Of a stretch of 37,423 nt of DNA, positions 7,396 to 17,519 are shown piece after piece; within the stretch, counting starts at the first letter, position 1; the number at the start of each line of letters is the position of its first letter. This DNA is from a virus (lineage: Duplodnaviria; Caudoviricetes). The notes beneath the pieces are model-generated. The model searched no databases. It saw only the letters and a program-made list of their open reading frames with translations, and was not told the DNA's origin. The stretch covers positions 1 to 37,423 of the IMG/VR virus record IMGVR_UViG_3300042934_000124; one strand, given 5' to 3'. A program made the translations under genes and the position numbers.

Positions 7396-9450
7396 CTATC
7401 TAGTCGCCTCTCTCAATGATTGCTGTCTTGGCCAATCCTTAAATGCGCTTCTTAATTCCCTTGTTTCGCCTATGAGTGCACCTAATAGATTATTGGTGTC
7501 GCTCATATCAACCATATTGTTAGCGTTGTCTTGAGCTGTCTCCCTTGGGTTAGTTATTCTAGTGCTTTTAGGTAAATATAATCTCTCGTTAGCGTGTACA
7601 TCATATACGCCATCTTCTGGCACGTAGTTAGTACCTGTGGCGTATCCCCTCATATCTGAGTAACTTTTTCCTATAGTTGTTGTTTTAGCTGCTGATTGCT
7701 TAACAACACTTTGCAGCTTAACCGTTTGCTGTTGCACCTGACTAGCAACATTCGCTGAATCACTACCCACTTTTTTTAGTGCTGCGCTGGCTTCATTTGA
7801 GCCTCTCGTAAGCAATACAAGCAATCCCACTACAAGCGCTACTGCTGCCGCTATACCAAGTATTACAGGCAAAGATATACCACCTGCTAAACCCAATGCA
7901 CCTAATCCACTAGCAGCTATACCACTGCCAGCACCTAAGGCGATAAGCGCTGTACTAAGTAGCCCTAAAATCTTAGCCATACTTGCAAATGCTACAACCC
8001 CTAATAATACCGGAGCCGGAATAGCCGCTATAAATCCTGCCAACTTAGACAACAAATCAACAATAGGACTAATAGCATCTCCCATCTCAATTAAAGATAT
8101 TTTTAAATCATTCAGCGATTTATTGAGTTTTGCACCGCTAGTCTCTCCAAGTAGTGCCAATGCTTCATCCGTTGCACCGCCAGAGTTTTTAATTTGGTCT
8201 AGAACCTCAGCGAATTTCTGCCCTCCATCTTTTGTCAAGTTAAGCATACCGCTTAATGATCTAATGTTTCCAAATAGAGCACCTATAGCCTCAGTGCTAC
8301 CGCCTGTTTTACGCATAACATCTTCCATGAACCCTGCAAATCCTTTTCTCTCTAATGCAGCAGCATTAAACTGTATCCCTAATTCTTTAGCGGCTGAGGC
8401 TGCTTCTGCTGTGGGCGAAATCAATGCGCTCACGATCTGTCTAACGTTTGTGATTGCTGTATCAGCCTTAACACCACTTAATGTCATTGTTGCTATAGCT
8501 GCTTCAATTTGTTCAAGCGGCACCTTTGCACTAGCAGACACGGAAATCAAGTCACCCATGGAAGCTGCTAATTCTCCAACAGTAAGTTTTCCTACTTTCT
8601 GAGTAATGATAAACGTGTCAACTATTGCCGCTGATTCTTCTGCACTCTTTCCGTATCCATTCATCACAGATGTCAATATATCTGCCGCTACTGCAACATC
8701 AGTAAACCCAGTCTTTGCCAGTTTTGCTGATTGTTCTAGCACGATATTAGCTTTAGATGTCTCCACGTTAGACGATATTATTTCATAGTTTGCATTAGCC
8801 ATGGTATCAGCCGCTATGCCATACTTGGATGACATATCTAATACATCTTTACTCATTTGTTTATAACTTACTTGCGTTTCATCCATGATTGTACGAGACT
8901 TAATCATCTCATTATCAAATGTCAAAAACGCTCTGGTTGTCACCGTTGCAAATGCTGCTATAGCTAGTGTTGTGGCGATAAAATCCGCTTTAAGTTTGCC
9001 AAGATTAACTCCTGAGCGTTCCGCCCCAAGTCTAAAATTCTCCATTTCTAACTTAGCCATACCCATTATTGTTGAACTTTTTGCAACCTCTGCATTAACG
9101 GCTCTCTGCTGAGTTTCAAGTCTAGTCAACTGTGCCTGTGCATTTTTAAGAGCAATAGTCTTGCTTGCAATAGCTTTTTCATTTTTTGTATCTGCTGATG
9201 TTAGCTTGGCTAATTCTTTTTCAAGCTGCGCAACTTTATCTTTTTGCAACTGAGTTTGAGCACCTAGCTTTTGTTGCTGTATCACCAATCTATCAAAACT
9301 ATTGCCTGTTGCAGCAACTTGCGCACTCGCTTTATTAAATTCAGCGTTAAGTAAAGCCATTTGCTGAGTAACTTTAGGTACGCCGTCTTTGACCTTAGCA
9401 TAATCAAAATCCACCTGTATGGTACGCTTATACCCTTTAAAACTTGCCAA
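7396..9450 (-). CDS. Tail tape measure protein (TP901-type)
   Basis: Ala/Gly-rich, coiled N-terminus, TM stretch, GYATGT motif; follows chaperones. Confidence 0.93.
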   Translation of the reverse strand: MASFKGYKRTIQVDFDYAKVKDGVPKVTQQMALLNAEFNKASAQVAATGNSFDRLVIQQQKLGAQTQLQKDKVAQLEKELAKLTSADTKNEKAIASKTIALKNAQAQLTRLETQQRAVNAEVAKSSTIMGMAKLEMENFRLGAERSGVNLGKLKADFIATTLAIAAFATVTTRAFLTFDNEMIKSRTIMDETQVSYKQMSKDVLDMSSKYGIAADTMANANYEIISSNVETSKANIVLEQSAKLAKTGFTDVAVAADILTSVMNGYGKSAEESAAIVDTFIITQKVGKLTVGELAASMGDLISVSASAKVPLEQIEAAIATMTLSGVKADTAITNVRQIVSALISPTAEAASAAKELGIQFNAAALERKGFAGFMEDVMRKTGGSTEAIGALFGNIRSLSGMLNLTKDGGQKFAEVLDQIKNSGGATDEALALLGETSGAKLNKSLNDLKISLIEMGDAISPIVDLLSKLAGFIAAIPAPVLLGVVAFASMAKILGLLSTALIALGAGSGIAASGLGALGLAGGISLPVILGIAAAVALVVGLLVLLTRGSNEASAALKKVGSDSANVASQVQQQTVKLQSVVKQSAAKTTTIGKSYSDMRGYATGTNYVPEDGVYDVHANERLYLPKSTRITNPRETAQDNANNMVDMSDTNNLLGALIGETRELRSAFKDWPRQQSLREATR

Positions 9451-9462
9451 CTTTACACCTCC

Positions 9463-9998
9463 TTACGCTAAAAAATCATCTAAGCTGTCACATACTATAT
9501 TTTTATCCTGCTTCTTAACTCCATTGAGCTTTATGTCTATCATGCGTATAACTTTTGCAAGGCTTGATCTATAAAACTCTTCTTCTGTACGATTCATTTC
9601 AAAGCAGTACATGTAGTAAAGTAATTCCAAGTCTATTTCTTCATCTGCTTCTGCATCTCCAATAAGTACTTTTTTTCAACTTCTGGCCCACCTATTACAA
9701 CAAGCGAATCTGTTGTTATTTCCATAATGTTATCAAAAATAAGGTTGCCGCCACTCGCAATAATTACCCTTGCATCATCCAGCGTGAAATCCGTGTTGTT
9801 TGTTTTTGCTCCGCAATAAAGCAATATGGCCCCTAATTCGTAAGGCTTCTGCTCAAATTCCTTAACAAGCTTTCCGATGTCTCCGAATTCTTCACGCAAA
9901 ACAATTAATGCATAATTATTCATAGCGAAATCTATGTCCCTGTCTCCAAATTCTAAAGTCAATGTCTCTAAAGGCTTAATAGATAATCTTCTTCCCAT
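9463..9998 (-). CDS. Tail assembly chaperone gpGT (-1 frameshift product, about 178 aa)
   Basis: A-AAA-AAG at 9675-9669; -1 frame open to TAA at 9463 (VLIGDAEADEEIDLELLYYMYCFEMNRTEEEFYRSSLAKV...SLDDFLA*). Confidence 0.85.
9633..9998 (-). CDS. Tail assembly chaperone gpG
   Basis: Between major tail and tape measure genes; GGGAGG RBS. Confidence 0.85.
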   Translation of the reverse strand: MGRRLSIKPLETLTLEFGDRDIDFAMNNYALIVLREEFGDIGKLVKEFEQKPYELGAILLYCGAKTNNTDFTLDDARVIIASGGNLIFDNIMEITTDSLVVIGGPEVEKKYLLEMQKQMKK

Positions 9999-10011
9999 AA
10001 ATACCTCCCAA

Positions 10012-10041
10012 TATAAAAATAAAGCCCTAAATTAATAGGGC
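10012..10041 (-). terminator. Terminator after major tail gene
   Basis: GCCCTA-ttaatt-TAGGGC then TTTATTTTT. Confidence 0.7.
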
Positions 10042-10629
10042 CTACTCTTCCGGTTCTGGCGCGGCAATAGTATTTGTTGTTTGCACCTGCGTCAAAAAGT
10101 CTGTAAAATTTTGTGTCGTAACACTAGAGTTATCACTAGTTATTTTCGTGTAATACCTTCCTAAAGATATATGCTCAAACGCTGTAATTACAATTGTGTC
10201 ATTCCCAATTGTTAGATTATCCGTTTTTTGCTCTGTGGTTTCTTCAAGTGGTGAAGCTTTACAATACAAAAACCATACCATTTCTCTTTTTCCACCTGTT
10301 TTTTCAATTTCCCAACCCATAGCAAATGGTTTGGGTCTATCAGCACTAGTTCCGCTCTCAACGCCTGTTTCAGCTACGATCAATCCTTCCATCCAAGCCC
10401 GCCATACCTGAGGTATATGGTTGTGATTGATTGATATATTGTAAGCTGTTTTAGCGATTTCCTCTTCAACTAACACACCATCACCGTACTGCGTGCCTCT
10501 AGCAACTTGCGGTGTTCTTGTGGCACTCATTACGCCCGGTATATGCACAGCATCACCGTAGGTTAATACGCCAGCTGATTCAGTCACTTGAGCCAGATAA
10601 AAATTCTTAATATTAATAGACTTTCCCAT
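10042..10629 (-). CDS. Major tail protein (phi13-like)
   Basis: YGD motif, PFAMGWE, VWFLYCKA; position in tail module. Confidence 0.88.
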   Translation of the reverse strand: MGKSINIKNFYLAQVTESAGVLTYGDAVHIPGVMSATRTPQVARGTQYGDGVLVEEEIAKTAYNISINHNHIPQVWRAWMEGLIVAETGVESGTSADRPKPFAMGWEIEKTGGKREMVWFLYCKASPLEETTEQKTDNLTIGNDTIVITAFEHISLGRYYTKITSDNSSVTTQNFTDFLTQVQTTNTIAAPEPEE

Positions 10630-10973
10630 TACAACACCTCACTTTTCAAATAGTTAAAAATTAAAATTTTATGGTAAACAGTACCTATTCCGTCTACTTG
10701 TTCCTCTTCTTCATTGCCACTTACAAATAAAAAAGAGCCCTGCTTCATAAGGCTCTTGATTTGTTCTACCGTATTCGAGAAATCTCCTTTGCAAAAAACA
10801 TCTACTTGACAACTTCCAGTTTCTTCGGTGTAATCACCGTCTCCATACTCTTCACCACTCTCACCAAAAAAATGATAAGATATAACGGTATTTTTAGTAC
10901 CAAATGGTGCCCTTAATTGCCATGTACATGGGAAATTTAACACTTTCAATATGTTATACACCGTATTTATCAT
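10629..10973 (-). CDS. Tail completion/terminator protein
   Basis: YGDG..E..QVDVF..YHK pattern; precedes major tail. Confidence 0.7.
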   Translation of the reverse strand: MINTVYNILKVLNFPCTWQLRAPFGTKNTVISYHFFGESGEEYGDGDYTEETGSCQVDVFCKGDFSNTVEQIKSLMKQGSFLFVSGNEEEEQVDGIGTVYHKILIFNYLKSEVL

Positions 10974-11191
10974 GTCAAAACCCCTTTTTCATAAAGATAA
11001 TTCAATGAAAATACAGTTAAATTACCTTTGCTTACACCAACTAAAACAGTATTGTTTTTCATTAAGTAATTATTTTTCCATTCTTCGTTTTTTAGTGTTT
11101 TATCCCAAAAAGGCCATACCTTACACAAAGGTTTAATGCTAAAACCTTGCCTTTTTAACTGTTTATACTCTTCACGATTAGGCTGTCTCAT
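10970..11191 (-). CDS. Hypothetical basic 73-aa protein inserted in head-tail module
   Basis: Tightly coupled to both neighbours (1-nt gap; ATGA overlap). Confidence 0.6.
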   Translation of the reverse strand: MRQPNREEYKQLKRQGFSIKPLCKVWPFWDKTLKNEEWKNNYLMKNNTVLVGVSKGNLTVFSLNYLYEKGVLT

Positions 11192-11192
11192 G

Positions 11193-11618
11193 TCAAAACC
11201 CCGCCTTTCTCATTGCCATATCTACTATACTATCTATTTGGCTTTCTGCATCAGCTATAGCATTATCCATGAAGTGATTACCCTCTTTGCCATAATTGCC
11301 ATCATTTAATATGTGCCATAATGTACCTGTTTTTTTGCCTCCTTGTACTCTTACAACAGGATAACCATACTTATCTCTAGTTTTTTTAATAATTACATCA
11401 TCAGCCATATGGATTTCTCTAGGTCTTGAACCCTGCGTTCCATCTTTCTTGATTGGAGAGTATCTTGCTGCAGACAATCTTCTCACAACTGCTTTTTTAG
11501 TAACCTCAGCTATATCTGATACAGCACCAACGGCAGCTACATCACAATCCACAACTATAGCAGACATAAACTTTCCAAAATCTTCATCTGTGCCACTAAC
11601 TCTCATTAACATACCCAT
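11193..11618 (-). CDS. HK97 gp10-like tail component
   Basis: HMADDV, WHILNDG, HFMDNAI; likely ATG at 11618. Confidence 0.75.
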   Translation of the reverse strand: MGMLMRVSGTDEDFGKFMSAIVVDCDVAAVGAVSDIAEVTKKAVVRRLSAARYSPIKKDGTQGSRPREIHMADDVIIKKTRDKYGYPVVRVQGGKKTGTLWHILNDGNYGKEGNHFMDNAIADAESQIDSIVDMAMRKAGF

Positions 11619-11620
11619 GG

Positions 11621-11926
11621 TTACACCGCCAATCCGCAATACAATTCAGCTATATCGTCTTTGATGTATGACCGCTCTATTTTGTATCTCTTAATTACAC
11701 CATTAACGGTTAGCTCAACATATCTGGTTTTTTCTTCATCAAAGTCTACAGCGTACACCTTAAATCCTTTGTTTAGCTTAATATTTACACCTTGAGCAGC
11801 ATAAAACTCACGACTGCCGGGACTAAATATCTCGCAAAATATGTTATCGATCTTAACTTCATCCTCTGAGTAAACAGGTTCATTAACCACAACTACATTA
11901 ACAAGAGTACATGTATCTATCCACAT
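11621..11926 (-). CDS. Head closure / head-tail joining protein (SPP1 gp16-like)
   Basis: SREFYAAQ, RYKIERSY, ELYC; likely ATG at 11926. Confidence 0.8.
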   Translation of the reverse strand: MWIDTCTLVNVVVVNEPVYSEDEVKIDNIFCEIFSPGSREFYAAQGVNIKLNKGFKVYAVDFDEEKTRYVELTVNGVIKRYKIERSYIKDDIAELYCGLAV

Positions 11927-11927
11927 A

Positions 11928-12200
11928 TTACACCTCTTCCGTTGAGATATAATCCCCACACATACTAAGGTGATTCTTTAGCATAAAGTAAGCTTCTTTA
12001 TACTGCTCGCCTTTGCCGCGAAAATCATACTGCCATCTAGCATAAGTCTTGCAAGCCTGTATAATTAGTGCATCTTCTTCATCAGACACATCAATACCTA
12101 TATTCTCCATGTCTTTTAAACAAGCGTCTATAAACTCCTGCACTTCATCATCAAACACTGAATTAGTTATTCTCACAGAAAACTTTATTTTTTCTAGCAC
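11928..12200 (-). CDS. Head-tail connector (HK97 gp6-like)
   Basis: LEKIKFSVRI..FDDEV..I.ACL; follows capsid; likely GTG start. Confidence 0.8.
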   Translation of the reverse strand: MLEKIKFSVRITNSVFDDEVQEFIDACLKDMENIGIDVSDEEDALIIQACKTYARWQYDFRGKGEQYKEAYFMLKNHLSMCGDYISTEEV

Positions 12201-12213
12201 TATATCACCGCCC

Positions 12214-12248
12214 ATAAAAATAGGCTAGTAACTCAATGTCACTAGCCT
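12214..12248 (-). terminator. Terminator after capsid gene
   Basis: AGGCTAGT...ACTAGCCT then ATTTTTAT. Confidence 0.7.
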
Positions 12249-12258
12249 TATACCATTA

Positions 12259-13464
12259 TTATCCTGCTACTGGAACTGTAAGAGTTACAAGAGAGTTTTT
12301 GTCTAGCACTTTACCATCTACTAACATGATCGCTTTTGTAACCATATCTTCAGTATCATTGTCCTCATACTTCTTGATTGTCATATTGTAGTTCGTGTTA
12401 AGCCCGTAATCGTTGAAGTTGAACAGGAATGCGAAAGTGTTCGTTGCTACTGCTGGGGCCGCAAATGATGGCATGTAATCAGTTAGCACAACCGTTCTTC
12501 CCATTAATGTTCTTTCTGGTCTACCATTAATACCGTAGTTTACCCTGCAAATAGGCTGGCCAGCAGAATCCTTAATACCGATGAATGCCATGAATGATTT
12601 CTTATTCATACACCAAACCGCATCACTCTCATAAGCGAGTGGAAGAGCTGCTTCCGCCTCCGTTAAAGTTGAGTAAGTTAATGTTGTTACTTCTAATGCT
12701 TGGCCTGAAGCTGGCGTTTCTGCGAGGATACCCTTAGGTTGCCCTGTGCCTGTTCCAGTAATGATTGATTGCTCAAGAGCCTTAACCATGGCTTCTGTTA
12801 CATTGTTAATCAAAGTAGTTTCAAATACTGATAATGCAATTGTATCTGTTTCAAGAGATACAGATACCGCACAACGTAATTTATGGTACGCAAATGTAAT
12901 TGTACCTGTAGTTTTCTTTTGCTTGTCACTTCCAGCGCCCTCAGCTACCCATGTAGCAACTGGTTTTACGCTAGATGTAGGCACTGTAACGCCGCCTTTA
13001 ATAGCTGTACGTGTTACAAGTGGCAAAATCATGCCAACTGATTCCAATTTTTCAATGATTTTTTCTAGCACTGTGCTTGGAATAACTGCTCCTACGTCAG
13101 TAGTTTTTGTATTAGCATCCACATTCATAAACTCTCCAGGTATTTCAGTCCCATGAGTGACATAGTTCATAAACGCTTTTCTGTAATCAATGCTGTCATA
13201 AACATTATCAGCTAAAACATTGTTAGTTGAATCCATTACTTTCCCCGCAGCTGCAACGCTTTTAGTGCTAATTTCTGTGACTTTACTACCTTTTTCCATG
13301 GCTGCAAATTCTGCTTGCATCTGTGCTATGTCTTCCCATTCCTTATCAAGATTTTCAACGTCTGTTTTGTTTGCTTTAAATTTTTCAATATCCCCTTCTG
13401 CTAGAAATTCTTGAGCCGCCTTCATTAATTCCTGTCTTTTTGCTACGTATTGTTCTCTGTTCAT
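12259..13464 (-). CDS. Major capsid protein, HK97 fold with delta domain
   Basis: Coiled N-terminus, ATWVAEG, GTGTGQPKGIL. Confidence 0.95.
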   Translation of the reverse strand: MNREQYVAKRQELMKAAQEFLAEGDIEKFKANKTDVENLDKEWEDIAQMQAEFAAMEKGSKVTEISTKSVAAAGKVMDSTNNVLADNVYDSIDYRKAFMNYVTHGTEIPGEFMNVDANTKTTDVGAVIPSTVLEKIIEKLESVGMILPLVTRTAIKGGVTVPTSSVKPVATWVAEGAGSDKQKKTTGTITFAYHKLRCAVSVSLETDTIALSVFETTLINNVTEAMVKALEQSIITGTGTGQPKGILAETPASGQALEVTTLTYSTLTEAEAALPLAYESDAVWCMNKKSFMAFIGIKDSAGQPICRVNYGINGRPERTLMGRTVVLTDYMPSFAAPAVATNTFAFLFNFNDYGLNTNYNMTIKKYEDNDTEDMVTKAIMLVDGKVLDKNSLVTLTVPVAG

Positions 13465-14177
13465 TCGATAAATCCTCCTTTTAATTTTAAAAAATCTAAT
13501 TGAGCCTGGTATTTTTCAACCAAGTTGAATTTGTTCTTGATGTAGTCCGGCACATTGTCGTAATCCTCGAACATGCTGGCTACATACTGAATGTTGCTCT
13601 TTGGCTTCTCTAACTCTATGTTGAAGTACTTTATCGCTTCGTTAGCGCTTAAATAGGTGCCCCTGTTTACAAGTTCCTCGACTTGCTCAACTGTGGCTCC
13701 TGAGGCTAAATTATCGGCGTAAACACCCATGAGTCCGGCTTGCAATGAGTCTAACGCACCAGCATAACCTCTAAGATCATCAGCGTTACCACTAATATTT
13801 TGAACCAATGGTTTGTGCACAAAAAAAGTGCCATTACTTGGCACTATAACCTTGTCACATGAAAAGGGTATTACACTTGAAATACTTCCAGCTATTCCAT
13901 CAATATGTGCAATTTTTTCACCATCATGTCGTTTTATCATGTTGTATATTGCCATCCCAGCAAATACCGCTCCACCGCCGCTATTAATGTAGACGTTTAA
14001 CTTCTTACCTTTAACTCCTGATAGGAAGTTTTTAATCTTTCCAGGGTATTGGTCTGTATCTTCCCAAGCACCCCACCAACTACTTACAATGTTTCCATAG
14101 ATATATAAGTCTGCTGAGTCATTTTTAACATTTGTAACGTTCAGCAACTTATCCAAGTTGTCTATAATCTTAGGCAT
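13461..14177 (-). CDS. Head maturation protease, ClpP-like
   Basis: YINSGGGAVF, DGIAGSISSVI, FFVH; likely ATG at 14177. Confidence 0.92.
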   Translation of the reverse strand: MPKIIDNLDKLLNVTNVKNDSADLYIYGNIVSSWWGAWEDTDQYPGKIKNFLSGVKGKKLNVYINSGGGAVFAGMAIYNMIKRHDGEKIAHIDGIAGSISSVIPFSCDKVIVPSNGTFFVHKPLVQNISGNADDLRGYAGALDSLQAGLMGVYADNLASGATVEQVEELVNRGTYLSANEAIKYFNIELEKPKSNIQYVASMFEDYDNVPDYIKNKFNLVEKYQAQLDFLKLKGGFIE

Positions 14178-15366
14178 TTGTTGCACCACCTTCCAATGCC
14201 TTTATTTTGCTCTCTAATGCGTCTAGCTTATTTGTTACAACTGCGGTATCCAATCGCCTTATAGGTTTGTCTCCACCCTCTATAGGCGGCATATTTAGCA
14301 CCTCACGCCACTCATTAGGGGTTAAGGCTCCACGGTCTACCATCTGCAATAGATTTACTTTTGTATTCATGCTTGCATACTGTAAATTGTTAGCGCTGTA
14401 GACTATTCTGTCTGTAATTCTCTGCTTGCGAGTGAATGACTTTCTAATGTGTTCACTACTTAGCTGCATAGCGAATGGTTCAATCTCGCTTTCATAGTAA
14501 GCATTCCAGTCATCTTCTGAATACTTAGATTGTATAATTTTTTCGTTAGTGTTAAAGAAATTGTATAACCTGATAGTTGTTTTATCCATCTGGCTACTGT
14601 TAGGAACATAATTTTGCGGCGTAACTTGTGTAGCATCAAATCTTGTATCTGTGGCAGCTGCACCAACCGACTTACTGACATCTAAGAAACTATCAGTAAA
14701 TTGCTTTGTTTGCTCCTCTAAATCCTTAGGCTTAAGAGAAACGTTAAATTTAAGCAGCCATCTAATTACTGCACTGTTTTTTATCGCTGAAACTATTCCC
14801 TGATCTGTAGTTGTTACTACACTCATGAGTGATGCTAGCGCTTTTGCATTACTTGTGCCAAAAACATCGTTCTCATTAAAATCTTGCCTTAGATGCAACA
14901 CATTAGCATAAGGCAAAGTTATAATCTTTCCATTTAACATGTTAAATCTTAGAAATAATTCGCCATCATTAGCATAAATACACTCAGCCATGGTACATGT
15001 TATAGGGTATATCTCTATCGGTATACCATTTTCATCCTTGTTTATGTATGCAAATGCATTATTATTCAGCCTAAATTGAGTAGCCATCTTCTCAATAAAC
15101 ACTTGCATAGTCATTAGTGGATTAGGCTCCTCCAACAAAAACTTAATATTTATGTCTGGATTAACCTTTATTGCATCACCAGTCTTGCGTAAATGCTTAG
15201 GCGTGAGTTTTCCACAACCCTTGGCAAATGGTCTTATGCAGCTTCTTACTATGTCAGACTCGTAAATCTTCCCATTCCACGCATAAAACCCATTACCTCT
15301 TTCGGTAACCATGGTTATACGCTCAGCAGTAGGATTCTTATTCCTAAATCTATCAAGCAATCCCAA
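14170..15366 (-). CDS. Portal protein, HK97 family
   Basis: LLEEPNPLMT, VLHLR, LTPNEWREVLNMPPIEGGD; likely TTG start after AAAGGAG. Confidence 0.95.
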   Translation of the reverse strand: MGLLDRFRNKNPTAERITMVTERGNGFYAWNGKIYESDIVRSCIRPFAKGCGKLTPKHLRKTGDAIKVNPDINIKFLLEEPNPLMTMQVFIEKMATQFRLNNNAFAYINKDENGIPIEIYPITCTMAECIYANDGELFLRFNMLNGKIITLPYANVLHLRQDFNENDVFGTSNAKALASLMSVVTTTDQGIVSAIKNSAVIRWLLKFNVSLKPKDLEEQTKQFTDSFLDVSKSVGAAATDTRFDATQVTPQNYVPNSSQMDKTTIRLYNFFNTNEKIIQSKYSEDDWNAYYESEIEPFAMQLSSEHIRKSFTRKQRITDRIVYSANNLQYASMNTKVNLLQMVDRGALTPNEWREVLNMPPIEGGDKPIRRLDTAVVTNKLDALESKIKALEGGATNA

Positions 15367-15391
15367 TATATCAACTCCTTTCATAATAATA

Positions 15392-15414
15392 AGGCCACTG
15401 TTTAGCGGTGGCCT
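15392..15414. terminator. Hairpin between inserted gene and portal
   Basis: aggccactg-tttag-cggtggcct. Confidence 0.5.
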
Positions 15415-15417
15415 GTT

Positions 15418-15720
15418 TTACTTGTTTTCGATTGTATTCCTGTTAAAACTCTTGAAGTATTCAATATCAATAGCTACTTCATTGTGATTCAGCAATACCA
15501 CGTCGCCGCCATATTGTTCTTTAAGTTCCTTAAGCCTTGCAATATAATCATCTTTAGTTATTACGCTACGACACTCAACTACCAACGGCTGCTTAAGCAA
15601 AAGATTTAATGGATCCCTTGTCTTATGTTGAGGTGGTGGTGAAGGAGGTCTTAATAAATCATTCAATACTTCATAATCCAAACCTAAATCCTTGCGTGAT
15701 TTGAATAGATTTTCAAACAT
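15418..15720 (-). CDS. Hypothetical protein between terL and portal
   Basis: 100 aa, strong AGGAGGT RBS, Pro-rich segment. Confidence 0.7.
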   Translation of the reverse strand: MFENLFKSRKDLGLDYEVLNDLLRPPSPPPQHKTRDPLNLLLKQPLVVECRSVITKDDYIARLKELKEQYGGDVVLLNHNEVAIDIEYFKSFNRNTIENK

Positions 15721-15731
15721 ATAATTACCTC

Positions 15732-17519
15732 CTAGATCATATTTAAATATTCATCTTTCTTAGCTGATAATCTCTCGTAAGCAATAATCATAGTTACTGC
15801 GCCGTCAATACGCTTTCTAAGGTCTTGGCCCTTAACTGGTTGTATATTGTTGTTAATATCTGTCTGCACTTCCATATTACTAAGGCACCATTTGTCGATA
15901 GGGTGGTTGTTGTAAACTATTATTTTGGCTTCTAAATCCTTCTTCATTTCATGCATAGGTGTACTTAATGTGTATTTGCCTTGTCTTACTGGCTTAAACG
16001 CATTCTTACCGTATGTGTTTTCTAGCTGTTTTTGCTCAGCCTCCATAACATGCCATGGGTCGTATCCCCCAAAACTTGTATAGATATCAAGTTCTTCTTT
16101 AACTTCATCAAACCATGCAATTACATCTTCTTTCCTGATTTTGTACCCTTCGCATGTTCTTATAAGTCCTCTAGCTTCCCAAGCAGTATAAGATACTCCA
16201 TCATTCTTACTTTTATCCTCTATGCCATCACCAGGAGTCCAGTACATTTGTAATGTATATATTTGTGGGTCATTTGGTCTCATACAATAGATTCTTGCGC
16301 TTGCAAGGTCCGCTGTTTCAGCAAAGTCTATGGCACCTATAGCATAATCAAAACCCATGCTTTTAAACCCTGCCACCATATCCGCATAAGTAAAGTCTTT
16401 CTTACCATGTTCTATACCTATCATCTTGTCATTGTAGAGCTGCTCCCATAATAGCCAGCGAGTGACAGAGGATTCCTTCATGTTAAAGTCTTTAACCATT
16501 ACTGTAGCTTTAAAGCTCGCATCGCCCTTGGCTTTATTCACGTATCCCCTTAGCACATGCCTTTTCTTGATTGTATCTATACCGGGGTTGGCCTTTATCC
16601 AGCAATCTTCATTATCCCATTCTGCGCGATCATCCAGCTCATAAATTAAGGGCAGAAAGTTATCATCCTTCCTACCCTTAAATGTTATATTATTTTCAGC
16701 TATGAGCCGCATTATCTCATCATAACCATGCTCTTTAGCCTTAAGTAAAAAATCTTCCATGTAATCAATAACACTTGCAGCATAATCATACTGCGTATCA
16801 AATATGCACTCTCTTACAAATCCATTTGTACTTATACTGCTAATCAATGCCTGGTCCCTGAATGATGTTGATTGCTTCATATCATCATAGAGCTCACGTT
16901 TTTTTATAGCTGCAAGCTCATCTATGCAAGCAAAGTGAGTATTGAGTGAATCCAAGTCTTTACTTGCAAGTGGTTGCATGATGGAAAATGTACTATCATA
17001 ACTCAAACCTGTCTTAGTTTTTCTTATGTACTTAGATAATACGTTTGCCGATGGGTTCATGCTAGCCATCTTGTGACACTCATTAAATGCCTTCTTAGCT
17101 TGGTCATATTTTGTAGCTACGAAATATACCTCGGCAGACCCTTCGCCATCTCCTACGAGCATATACATGCCGTCAGCAGCATTCTCAGTGGTCTTGCCGT
17201 TCTTACGGCCTTCCACTGTCATGGATTCAGTGTATTGTCTAAATCCCGTTACCTTATCAACAAATCCAAATATAGCTTGGCGCCTGGCTTTCTGGAACAA
17301 TTCCAGCTTAAGCGGCTTTCCAGCATTACGGCCCTGAGACTGCAAACAAAAAGTCTCGACAAAATCTATGGGTTTATTCGCCAAGGCTTCATCAAATCGC
17401 CATTGACCCATATCGTGATCTAAGCAATACACTAAGTATTCATAAACTACTTTAATTTTTCTACATGCAACTATTTCACCGCTTGCTATCCGCTGCCAGT
17501 ATTCACGGATATAATTCAT
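15732..17519 (-). CDS. terL: Terminase large subunit
   Basis: GRKNGKTT Walker A, CIDE Walker B, WIKANP, GYDPW, RIDG. Confidence 0.96.
   Translation of the reverse strand: MNYIREYWQRIASGEIVACRKIKVVYEYLVYCLDHDMGQWRFDEALANKPIDFVETFCLQSQGRNAGKPLKLELFQKARRQAIFGFVDKVTGFRQYTESMTVEGRKNGKTTENAADGMYMLVGDGEGSAEVYFVATKYDQAKKAFNECHKMASMNPSANVLSKYIRKTKTGLSYDSTFSIMQPLASKDLDSLNTHFACIDELAAIKKRELYDDMKQSTSFRDQALISSISTNGFVRECIFDTQYDYAASVIDYMEDFLLKAKEHGYDEIMRLIAENNITFKGRKDDNFLPLIYELDDRAEWDNEDCWIKANPGIDTIKKRHVLRGYVNKAKGDASFKATVMVKDFNMKESSVTRWLLWEQLYNDKMIGIEHGKKDFTYADMVAGFKSMGFDYAIGAIDFAETADLASARIYCMRPNDPQIYTLQMYWTPGDGIEDKSKNDGVSYTAWEARGLIRTCEGYKIRKEDVIAWFDEVKEELDIYTSFGGYDPWHVMEAEQKQLENTYGKNAFKPVRQGKYTLSTPMHEMKKDLEAKIIVYNNHPIDKWCLSNMEVQTDINNNIQPVKGQDLRKRIDGAVTMIIAYERLSAKKDEYLNMI

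Noticed and set aside
10656-10671. AAAAA-ttaaaa-TTTTA resembling the cassette site
   Set aside because: Inside a core tail gene, lacks the C, low complexity; probably chance
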